Shown here: in pieces, positions 24,601-35,376 of the stretch
How positions within the stretch are numbered: position 1 is the stretch's first letter
Layout of the letters: every line of letters starts with the position of its first letter
From: Paragordius varius
Taxonomy: Eukaryota > Animalia > Nematomorpha
Length of the DNA: 64,000 nt
NCBI GenBank assembly: GCA_964247055.1
Contig: OZ176054.1
Coordinates: forward strand, 5,642,001-5,706,000
Direction: 5' to 3'
Notes under the pieces: model-generated
What the model saw: the letters and a program-made list of their open reading frames with translations, nothing else
Told to the model about the DNA's origin: nothing
Database searches by the model: none
Position numbers and translations under genes: made by a program

Positions 24601-27600
24601 TCGTTTGACGGGAAATGGTTTAGATTGCAAGCGTTGTAAAGTAGGCGGTCTTGAGGGTAAAGGGGGAGGGGGACAATTCATGGGAGGCATTTTATTACCT
24701 TGTTGGTTTGAGAAGTGTTGAGCTGTCATGATTATCAATATTATTATATAATATATTAACCATGTATTATTAAATATACAGTTTAGTTTTAAAGTCTCGT
24801 TTTTCTTTTTGCATTAAAGGACTCTAATTATATCAGGGCATGTGTAAGCTTTAATATTCGCCTACCCAGCGCTGACAGTGATGAGGGAAAAATTGCGTAG
24901 TTTCGGGGTTTGATCTGGCATTCCCTAAAGACAATGTAAGAGTCCGTAGCCCTGACTATACCATCACCACTTAACCATAAGTCATTAATTAGACTATTAT
25001 AAATCATTTGACCGAAAACAATGAATAACTCTTGTCGGGTGCTGCATAAATATCTTTTATCGATTTTATGTTTTTTATCTAAAATTTATGTCCATTTATA
25101 ATGCGTAAAATGTTAATAAATACACATTTTTCCCTTATAATTTAAAATTTTACTACGCAAAAATTCTTAATTATATAATTAGTTTTTGTTAATGTACCAG
25201 AGTTTTTAGGGTTATTGGCAGAATGAGGGTTATGTAATCTACCCATGGTGGCAAATTTTGATTGCAGAGTTTGGTGATTAATATTGTTACCGTTCAATGA
25301 TAACTTATTATTATTAATTTGATTTAAAGGAGCTAGATGACCTGAATTTGAAGTGTGATTACTACTATTAATTGTTTTATTTTGAAAATTTGAGTTTAAA
25401 TTGTCGGTTGATGAAGCACGTAAACGACTAGCTATGTGAGACTTTATATCATCTAAATGATGAGTTGTTTGACTATTTTTCCCACTAACTTGATTATGTT
25501 GTTTGGGAGGTTGATTAACAGTTAACGGTTTCGTTGAGGCAAAGTTGTCGTTTTTGGCTTTGTCTATATTATAAACATATATTTATGAAACAATAGCAAT
25601 GGGTAAAAAAATAAAATTTATCATCCATATTAAATAAATCCATGTTGAATAAATGGTGTAATTTGGCGTTATATTCATATATTTTTTAGTTTCTGACCGT
25701 CATTAAAATAGTTAGATGGTAAGTATCCTCACATATGTATCTGAAGTAGAATGAATATCTAAGTTTATATATGGTATAATGGAGTCGATAATTAAAATAC
25801 ATTCCAATTATTAAAGGTTTCGTTACCGCAAAAACGATAAAAAAGTACCCGCCAACCATATTTTTATCATTTTGAAACCATTTATATACAGTGAAGGCCA
25901 ATACCTATATTAAAATTATAACAAATTAAATTTAAAAATGATTTTCATATCGTTGAAAAAATTCAAAATTAACGTTACGATAAAAATACAGAATTTAGTG
26001 CTTTTATCTTCCAACTTAATAACCGTTTATTAAAGATAATTAATAAGGTTAATACATTTCACAAAATTGTGCATAAATTAGACCTTATTTATGACATTTG
26101 CCAGATATTTAAATTATAAGCACATGTTATTATAATCAATATATGATAAAATTTCATTAAAACCAATTAATTTATGAACTAATACAAGCAAAATCAATCA
26201 ATTCTTTGAGTGCATCGAAATATTTTATATTATTTTAAAAATGACAATACAGGCAGGTCTGACCTGTTATATATTATGAATGTTCTCGCTTTCAAAAAAT
26301 CAATGCAAGATTTTGAATTCATATAATATTAAATTCTATCAAAACTCTAATTCAAATGGGGTATCTAAATACCTCAGACTATATTTAAGTAATATTTTTA
26401 AAAAAAATACTAAAAAAACGGTTTCAATTTAAATTAAGGCTTCTATCCTAATAAAAAATTATATAAATAAGCCAAATTATTTAAATAAAATTTGGTTTTA
26501 AAAAAGTTCTATATCAAACTACTTTGACGCCTTTAGTATTTTTAGCATAATATCGCGTTTATTTAATTTTAAGCTAAACTAAATTTTTATTTAAATGACA
26601 TCTTATATTGATAGAAACGGAAAGAGTAGATTTTTTTAATATTTTTTTTAGCTAACGCACACATATCAAGTTGCCAAATTTTTACCTTTGAATTTTACCT
26701 TAGAATAGAAATATTTTTGAATATTTTTTATAACATTTCGGTTTATTTACGTTATATAAGCGCAGATTTTTGTCATGGCTTGAATATCTTGCATTTTAAA
26801 CAGTGGGGTATCTAACTATATCAATTTGAATCAAATGACTGAAATGAATGTCTAGTATCGAAGTGTTACAAGATATTGAAAGCGTTAAAATTATTTTTTA
26901 ATTAATTACACAAATGTTTAATGGTATATATATATATATATATATATATATAACGGGTTATGGGAGTAAATTGCATTCATAAGTTGGGAATCATAAATCA
27001 AGAACAGGAAGGTTGGAAAAAACAATATTTTTAAGAGACACCCAGAATTTATGTGCTAATTATATTTTCTGTGATACTTATTACAAAATTGATTATTGCT
27101 CAACAATATTCAATCATAACGAAAATGAAAAAAACCTTCCATATAAATGTCAAATATTCGAATTTTTTTTAAAACTAATGTATCAAATATAGAGAGCGAT
27201 TCCACATATTTTTTAAACAACTGTTTCGGACAAGATGCATTTAATTTTTTTGGCTAATTGGTTTCAGCTTCGGTTCTATTGTTTTTTGGTCAAATGGCTC
27301 TAATTTCAAATTTACTTTTTTTTCAAATAACCTAATTATACAATTATACATGCTACAGTGTAATCCAAAATATTTAATATAGAAATAGCTAATTTTTATT
27401 TTGTTCTACTTTCTCCAACAAAAATAAACAAGTAAAAAATATATATAAAAAAATATTCATCATATTTTAGAAAACAAGAGCCTATGGTTTCATTTCACGA
27501 TAACGGTTTTGGGTCCGTAAAAAATATTTTGTGATATTCAACAAAATTTAGAATTAAATAATAATATGGGACCTTATTTCAAGGGATAAAAATCAATAAT

Positions 27601-27981
27601 TTTTATGCTATACTTGCAATGATGGGGCTACTGCGGTCATTAATGTGGGTTGTTTTCTTTAGCTTAATTCCTTGATGAATTTCAGATAATAAATTAGATT
27701 TATCGAAGACTTTTTTGGGTTGTGTTACGGATGCAACGTTTGCAAATCCTTTAATATTTGTACCATTTAGCTATATGAAAAATAAAAAAATAAAGAAAAA
27801 AGAAAATAGGATTAAGTTCGAAATAATTATGCATATTTCACTTAAATTAAAAATAATTAAAATGCTCCACTTATTTTGACATAGTTGTTATAAAAAATGT
27901 AAAAAAAAATATATTATAATACATGACAATAGAAATAGCGGTTACCTGATTTTGTAATAATAATGGGGGTGGAATCGACAT
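21682..27981 (-). CDS. WIPF: WASP-interacting protein (WIP/verprolin), about 11 exons
   Basis: Exons 27946-27981, 27614-27770 (WH2: NLLSEIHQGIKLKKTTHINDRSSPII), 25198-25563, 25020-25041, 24866-24993, 24476-24722 (PPPPLPSRPP), 23659-23732, 23582-23636, 23404-23456, 22415-22507 (WASP-binding: DTFESRFF..PTQFPKP..KTYPS) and 21682-21722. All intron phases are compatible. The microexon and last exon are less certain. Confidence 0.85.
26343..26865 (-). mobile_element. Inverted degenerate TTAA/CACTT MITE copy in WIP intron 2
   Basis: Contains AATGGGGTATCTAAATACC and ends TATCGAAGTG. Reverse-colinear with 42461-43021. Confidence 0.65.
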
Positions 27982-29480
27982 AATTAACCTGTCAACTGAA
28001 ATCATATATGATAAGTGATATTAGAAATGACTCATTTTACAAAGTTGTAAATATAATAAAAAAGGAGATTTTCTCATTGTATAAAGCTAAAAATTAATAT
28101 AGATTACAAAAATAAACAAATATAAAAAATAGGAGTGGCTTTAGTATATATCATATAGGTTTAACAAATAATTGTGAACAGAATATGATTATTTCAATAA
28201 TTTTCATCTTATTTTATAAAATTGGGGATAAAAAAATCCAAACAAAAATTTGTAATCAATTTGACCAAAGTGTGGTTATCAAAAATTAAACCAGAAATTA
28301 TTTGTTACACTTCTGTAACTTCCATCGTTTAATTTTATTCACTAAATAATCTTAAAACTAGCTAAATCTAAATATCAATAGGTTATCGTGTCCCAAATGT
28401 AAATAGATTAAAATTTTATTTTATCATAGCATTGAATGCCAGTATTAGAATATATAAAAACTAGCGGCAAAATTTATATTTTTTAAATCTGTTTATGAAT
28501 AATCGAGGGTACAAAAATTATATTAATTAAATATTTATATTTATAATAGAAAACAGCAAGATTAAGATTAAATGGATTCTGACAAATAATAAAGGAAAGT
28601 AAAAACCTTTGTGATAAGTGCTCTACATCAGAAAATGCAAATTTGCGCGTATTTTGTTAAATAAAATTTTTTGGTAAAATATTAATATTTCATATAAATG
28701 GTGTCACTAAAATGATCATAAAATATATAAAAAACAAAAATTATATTAATTTAAATTATAGATGTGCGCTCCAAAAGTCTCATATTGAAGGATTCATTTA
28801 GGGCGGGAAAGTTAAGCTAAGATGCTGAAATTGTGAGATAATTATTTTAAATAAATTCCCATGATATAAATAATGTTTGATAAAATAGGATAAAAACTTA
28901 AATTATAACAAAGTTTTGGTTAAGCGAATTTTAAGGTATTTTGTAGCCTAGTGTGATTTTTTCCAATTTGAAGACGAAGTTCGTATATCAAACTAAGTTT
29001 ATAAAAATGTTTAGCATCCTATGTTTTATATAGAAAACGTGTTTTTATATTTTGATGGGCATACCATTTCCCTCATTTTCAAAACACCATAAATTTTGCC
29101 TTTGTTATAATTTTTTAGCAAAATAATTATTTTTTCAGAAAAAACTTTTTTGGATGTAATTACACTCTGCACAAAATCGGGGAATATAAAAATTATCCTT
29201 ATAAAATATATATATTCTGACATATTTCTGTAGTAATTGATCTATATGGAATAACATTTCGAATCAAATTGGGGTATCTAAATACCCCAGACTAAATTTG
29301 AGATAGTAAAAACTACTGAATGAAACCGTCCCAAAATAAATTTCTGCTTCTATCCTAATAAAAATTATATAAATATGCGAAAATATCTAAATAAAATTTT
29401 GTTTTGAAAAAAAATCCATGTCAAACTTCTTCGACGCCATTTTAGTTTAACAAAATTTGCAAAATATCGTGTTCATTTAA

Positions 29481-30052
29481 CACTTGGATACAACACACTC
29501 ATTTTAGTCCTTCGATTCAAATTGGGGTAGTTAAATACCCCACTGTTTAAAATTATATTCTTTTAAAAATATATAAGGAATCGAAACCATGGCAAAATTT
29601 TGCACTTATCTAACATTAATAAACCGAAATATATAAAAAAATTTATTATAAAAAACTTGATATTTCTTATTTTAAGCTAAAACCGAAAGGTAAAAATTTC
29701 GATAACGTGACATGTGTCAAATTGTAAAATTGAAAAATTATACAAAAACCGCTTTTTCTATTTCTATCAATGTTAAATGTAATTTATATAAAAAATTAGC
29801 TTTAGTTTAACCCTTAAAATTAAATAAAGACGATATTTTGCAAAAATTTTGTAAAATAAAAATGGCGTCGAAGTAGTTATGATGGAGCTTTTTTTTCAAT
29901 ATAAAATTTTATCAAGATATTTTGGCATATTTATATAATATTTATCATAGAAGCATAAATTCAAATTGGGACCGTTTCCTTCAGTAGTTTTTTAAAAATA
30001 TTAATTTAAATTTAGTGTGGGGTATTTAGATACCCCAATTTGAATCGAAGTG
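29481..30052 (+). mobile_element. piggyBac-like MITE (572 bp)
   Basis: TTAA on both sides (29477-29480, 30053-30056). CACTT termini with an asymmetric internal inverted repeat CTTCGATTCAAATTGGGGTA. Confidence 0.85.
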
Positions 30053-30200
30053 TTAATTTTAAGGGTAAAATTAAAGTTTATTTTTTAAATTACATCTAAC
30101 ATTGATAGAAATAGAAAAGGCGGATTATTTTGTAATATTTTTTAATTTTATCATTGCACACATGTCACGTTGGCCAAATTTTTACCATTCGGTTTTTTAA

Positions 30201-30779
30201 CACCTGGATACAACACACCCATTTTAGTCCTTCGATTCAAATTGGGGTAGTTGGATACCCTAGGCCTGTTTAAAATCAAATTCTTTAAAAAGTATGGAAG
30301 CAATCGAAATGGCAAAATTTTGCACTTATATAATATTAATAAACCGAAATATATCTAAAAAAATTTATTCAAAAATACTTGATGTTACTTATTTTAAGCT
30401 AAAACTGAAAGGTAAAAATTTAGTCAACGTGACATGTGTCAAATTGTAAAATTAAAAAATAATACAAAATAAACCACTTTTTCTATTTCTATCAATGTTA
30501 GATGTAATTTATATAAAAAATAAGCTTTAGTTTTATCCTAAAAATTAAATGAAGACGATATTTTGCAAAATTTTTGTAAAATAAAAATGGCGTCGAAGTA
30601 GTTTGAGGTGAAACTTTTTTTTCAAAACAAAATTATCAAGATATTTTGGTATATTTATATAATATTTATCAGGATAGGAGCATAAATTTGAATTGGGACT
30701 GTTTCCTTCAGTAGTTTTTTAAAAAAATTAATTTAAATTTAGTCTGGAGTATTTAGATACCCCAATTTGAATCGAAGTG
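30201..30779 (+). mobile_element. piggyBac-like MITE (579 bp)
   Basis: TTAA on both sides (30197-30200, 30780-30783) and the same termini as 29481-30052. Confidence 0.85.
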
Positions 30780-31193
30780 TTAAGATAAGTAATATCAAGT
30801 ATATTTGAATAATTTTTTTCATATATTAATGTTATATAAGTACAAAACTATGCAATGGTTTCGATTCCTTCCATATTTTTTAAAGAATTTAATTTTAAAC
30901 AGGCCTGGGGTATAATACCCCAATTTGAATCGAACGACTAAAATGAATTTGTTGAATCCAAGTTAACAAATTCTTTTGGTGAACGCTAAATGCTTCATTA
31001 TAAAAATAAAATAAAATTAAAGCATAAACTACATAAAGCAAAATTTCTAAAATATATTTCATTTTTAGATGTGGGCCCCTAAGGTCTCATATTTTTTCGC
31101 TCTTTTAAAAATAAACTGGTTTTTTTAAAGTAAACGCAAAAATGCTGAGATCGTGCGATAATAAATATAAATTTTAATATCATTTAAATAAAT

Positions 31194-32169
31194 AAAGTAA
31201 GGAATCACGCATTTATAAATCAAGTTAAAAATTTTGGCAATAATGCGTATAATGATTTTTAAAAAATAAATATTAATTTATTTAATAAATATCTAATTTT
31301 CGGTTATAATTGTATAACCTTCTTTAGGATAAAAAACAGAAATTAAAACGAAATCAAGAAAAATATAAAATGATGAAAATGATGTGTGGTAAAGGTATTT
31401 ATAACCAGTGAAAAAAACCAGTAAACATTACTGGAAAAAACTAGTTATAAATACCCTTAATTAATGAATGGATGGATTATACAATTGTTTTATAATTGAC
31501 ATAAGTATAATTGATTGTGTTGTAGTTGCATTATATAATATTATTTTAGGTTGTAGTTCCAGATGTTAGACAATATCATACCGTCGGCACGGTTGAGATT
31601 TGCATTTTGCTTTTTGATTTCTATAGCTTCACGTATAAATCGTTTTGAACGATCTTCATTTAATTCCGGACTTGCTGAACACATTTGTTCTCAAGGTCAC
31701 CACATAGCTAAAACGGAAGTACTGGTTAACATTGAAGATCGTTCAAAACGATTTATACGTGAAGCTATAGAAATCAAAAAGCAAAATGCAAATCTCAACC
31801 GTGCCGACGGTATGATATTGTCTAACATCTGGAACTACAACCTAAAATAATATTATATAATGCAACTACAACACAATCAATTATACTTATGTCAATTATA
31901 AAACAATTGTATAATCCATCCATTCATTAATTAAGGGTATTTATAACTAGTTTTTTCCAGTAATGTTTACTGGGTTTTTTCACTGGTTATAAATACCTTT
32001 ACCACACATCATTTTCATCATTTTATATTTTTCTTGATTTCGTTTTAATTTCTGTTTTTTATCCTAAAGAAGGTTATACAATTATAACCGAAAATTAGAT
32101 ATTTATTAAATAAATTAATATTTATTTTTTAAAAATCATTATACGCATTATTGCCAAAATTTTTAACTT
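31194..32169 (+). mobile_element. Truncated Penelope-like element with an inverted 3' duplication
   Basis: SGLAEH...H...VLVNIEDRSKRFIREAIEIKK...LNRADGMILSNIW (31662-31850) is the C-terminus of a PLE GIY-YIG endonuclease. 437-bp inverted arms at 31222-31658 and 31733-32169. Flanking direct repeat CATTTAAATAAAT at 31181-31193 and 32170-32182. Confidence 0.85.
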
Positions 32170-33735
32170 CATTTAAATAAATGTTTATTAATTTTTAGCA
32201 AAATCTTGTATACTTTATTCTATTTTGGAGCATGGTGGAAACGGTATGAAAACGCTTTAAGATGTTGAAAAATGTTCTATATAGTTCGATAGTGCTGATA
32301 GCTTTTGAAAATATTGCTTTAAAATTTTGGTGACTCTTTGTAAAAAAAAAAATTTATATTCTGATGCCGAATGAAATTTAATCTAAATTTGGAGGTAATT
32401 TTATGATGTTAAAATTTAAGGATTCCATACGTTTGCCAAATTAATTATTGTAATTTTATGATGTATTTTATCGATATTTTTGAGGGAGCATTTAGCATTT
32501 TAAGCAAAATGAGCGGTAATTTTTCCATTGATATGATACTAAAAACTGTGGAAATAACCTTTTATATTACTAGTAGCTCCAAAAATCACGAGAAGCTTGA
32601 TATATATCTATGCAAATATATTTTCATCAGAAAATTTTTGTGTTCACAATATTATTTACCATATTATATTTTTTCGCGCTATCTATTTATTTATAGGTTT
32701 ATCTTAAGGCTTATCCATTTAAAAGGGGCCGTGTATTTCCTACACTAAAATTAAAATTTTAATGGTAATAATTTTAATATAGTTTTTGATATATATGATA
32801 TTTAATGGAATGAAGCATTCAGATTTCTCCATCAAAATTTCTTATGTGAAATTTGATTATTGTATCGAGTTGCCGCAAAAGTGGTTATATTCTCAGTTGA
32901 CCCTATATTAAAACTATAAGAGTCCTGATACATTTATTATCCGTTAGATATATTTCACAGGATTTCCTACTGCTCTGTGTTAAGCGCCTAAATAGTCATT
33001 AATTCATTTTTTAATTTTGCCATAGAGATGATACTTAGAAAATGAACTAGTATCTCTAACGTATAAAATAATTTTTAACACTTCAATAGCCTTTAATTTT
33101 TTGTACGCGATAACATTTTGGGGATTATCTACTCCTGTTTTGGTTAAATTTCAATTATCAAACCTTCATCACGTGTAATAAATAGAAAAATTGCAATCTC
33201 GACAGCTTTTTAACTTTTAGATTCCCGAATTTCGATAGCTGTAAAACACCGTTGAATTAAACAGCTGATTTTAAGATCGGTATTTATCAAAAATTTGAGG
33301 AAATTATAATTTGGAAGTTTTTCAAAGTTTTCTATTTAAATTTAACATAAATATATTTGCTGTTGTATTCATGATTTAAAATTGGCGGCGAAAAATAAAT
33401 TTAAAATTCAAATATTTTTTTATATCATGGGCTAAAAACAAATCATAATTTTAAATTTAACCTAATTCCAAAGATATTTTTGAGATATTTCATTTTAAAA
33501 TGAAGGGGTATGAATTTACCCCAAAAGGTCATAGTGAACTAAAGTGATCAATATGTTGATTGTATATATAAAAAACTGACCCACGAAATTCACGTCTCAA
33601 ATTAAATGACTAGATGCTAGTAATGCATTGAATATAAACAAAATAACAAATATCTTTTTTCCTAATTTGAATTATTTTTCACCCGTTTGTTCTATAACAC
33701 AGTTTCCACAAAAATATTCAGATATAATATATATA

Positions 33736-34128
33736 TACCATTTACAGTTCAAATTCACCCTTGAACAATTCAAATTCACCCTCGAACAATTCAAATTTAC
33801 CCTTGAACAATTCAAATTCACCTTTGAACAATTCAAATTCACCCTAAAAATATATTATGTATTTTCGAACTAATATAACTCCCTATTAATATGAAATATA
33901 TGTTTATGTTATAGTCTATTATTTTTTCAGTATTATTTTAATTTAAAACAAAATTTTTATTGTTTAAAATATATAAAAATATTGGTAATTTTTAATCTTA
34001 AAAAACATATATTTTATTTGAGGGTGAATTTTAATTGTTCTAGGGTGAATTTGAATTGTTCAATGGTGAATTTGAATTGTTCAAGGGTGAATTTGAATTG
34101 TTTAAGGGTGAAATTGAATTGTAAATGG

Positions 34129-34130
<2 letters not shown>
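33736..34130. mobile_element. Foldback-type MITE with five 21-bp tandem units in each arm
   Basis: Termini TACCATTTACA / TGTAAATGGTA embedded in (TA)n. Unit CAATTCAAATTCACCCTTGAA occurs about 5 times in inverted orientation in each arm. Confidence 0.85.
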
Positions 34131-34160
<30 letters not shown>

Positions 34161-34173
34161 TTCTGATAAAAAA

Positions 34174-34803
34174 TATCAGGATTCTCATGGTGCTTTGGTT
34201 TTAGGTTATGATTAGTATATTAGAGAATGGCAAAACTTGCCCACATTTTGCTAAATAATGTTTTTTTGGTTGAAATCTAAAAGCTTCATTTCAATTATCA
34301 CATTTTTATAAATTATTTTCAAATGTGGCCTCTGGTATATTTTAAACTGTCTCAAATGGGCAAGTTTGTTAAACTAAATGAAATGCTAATATTGGGCAAT
34401 ACTAATTGATGTGCTAAATTTTGAAAAAGAGATTTTGCCGAAAAAATGAATTTTGCTCAAATTTATGGCAAAATGTCGGTGAAGCAAAGTTTAAGATATT
34501 TTGAAGCACGGAGCAAACGAAAAAACATTTTTAAAAACACTTAATCTATATAATTTGATTTGGCTGTACATTTCTATCACGTCAGAATGATCAAAAAGAT
34601 TTGATCAACTTTCTTTTTACGTATAGTTTATGATATAATTTGATGAAGATTTTCGGAATAAAGCAATGAGTATTTTACCAAAAATATTTTATTTGATACA
34701 ATTTTCGTTAATTTTGCTATTTTTCGATATCGAGCAATTACTATAAATTTGGAAATATATATCCATCAAAAGTCTAGAGACCCAAAGCACCATAATTCTG
34801 ATA
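34174..34803. mobile_element. TIR MITE of a dispersed family (TATCAG...ATGGTGCTTTGG termini)
   Basis: Left TATCAGGATTCTCATGGTGCTTTGG pairs with right CCCAAAGCACCATAATTCTGATA. Related ends occur near 2060, 39210, 40450 and 41820. Confidence 0.6.
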
Positions 34804-34941
34804 CGTTTTTCTTGTATTATATATTATTAAGATAATATTATGAACGTGCACTGTGTAAATTAATCATATTTTATGGAGTGAAGCATTTAGCTTTACCAAA
34901 AAATTATTTAACAAAATGTGCGCAAATTTTGTTTTGATATT

Positions 34942-35027
34942 TAATATCTGGGGACGGCAATGTAAAGTATTTATTGTATATCACAAAATATTGTATATCA
35001 CAAAAACAACAACGCGTTATATCATGA

Positions 35028-35064
<37 letters not shown>

Positions 35065-35357
35065 CTAAGATAATTAGGTTTAATGTATTCACATATATCA
35101 AGGTGAGATGTTTGCTTATATACAATTTTCTCAAAGTATAATAATAATCACAAGTGGTGGGGAGGTTATAACAATATAATAATAGTATACAGATAAGTTA
35201 ATAGGTTAATGTACTGCAAGGTATAATAATAATATTCACAAGTGGTGGGGAGGTTATAACAATATAATAATAGTATACAGATAAGTTAATAAGTTAATGT
35301 ACTGATATATAACGAATGTTGTGTGTTTAACAGGTCTATTCAAATTAGCCTCTAACA
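34942..35357 (-). repeat. 3' LTR (416 bp)
   Basis: TGTTA...TATTA termini on the minus strand, an internal ~87-bp duplication and a (TA)n tract. Confidence 0.96.
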
Positions 35358-35360
35358 TCA

Positions 35361-35376
35361 CTTCCCCCCCCCCTTT
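35361..35376 (-). other. Polypurine tract
   Basis: AAAGGGGGGGGGGAAG, 3 nt before the 3' LTR. Confidence 0.9.

Larger units (their letters stand above)
29255..30963 (-). mobile_element. Older inverted TTAA/CACTT MITE split by two younger copies
   Basis: Segments 29255-29480, 30053-30200 and 30780-30963 join into one reverse-oriented family member when the two inserts are removed. Confidence 0.8.

Noticed and set aside
23659-24993. Gab/DOS adaptor identity for the minus-strand gene (PxxxRxxKP and SYIVFREC motifs)
   Set aside because: No PH domain was found, while WH2 and WASP-binding domains identify it as WIP.
25686-25901. Hydrophobic 71-aa ORF in WIP intron 2
   Set aside because: No recognisable motif, and it is not needed for the WIP frame. 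It may be a chance ORF, although an unrecognised exon cannot be excluded.
31563-31658. N-terminal half of the 95-aa ORF as real protein
   Set aside because: It is the reverse complement of the ORF's own 3' half, produced by the inversion.
33745-34125. 21-bp repeats as a CRISPR array
   Set aside because: The units are directly adjacent with no unique spacers, they form the inverted arms of a MITE, and the context is eukaryotic.
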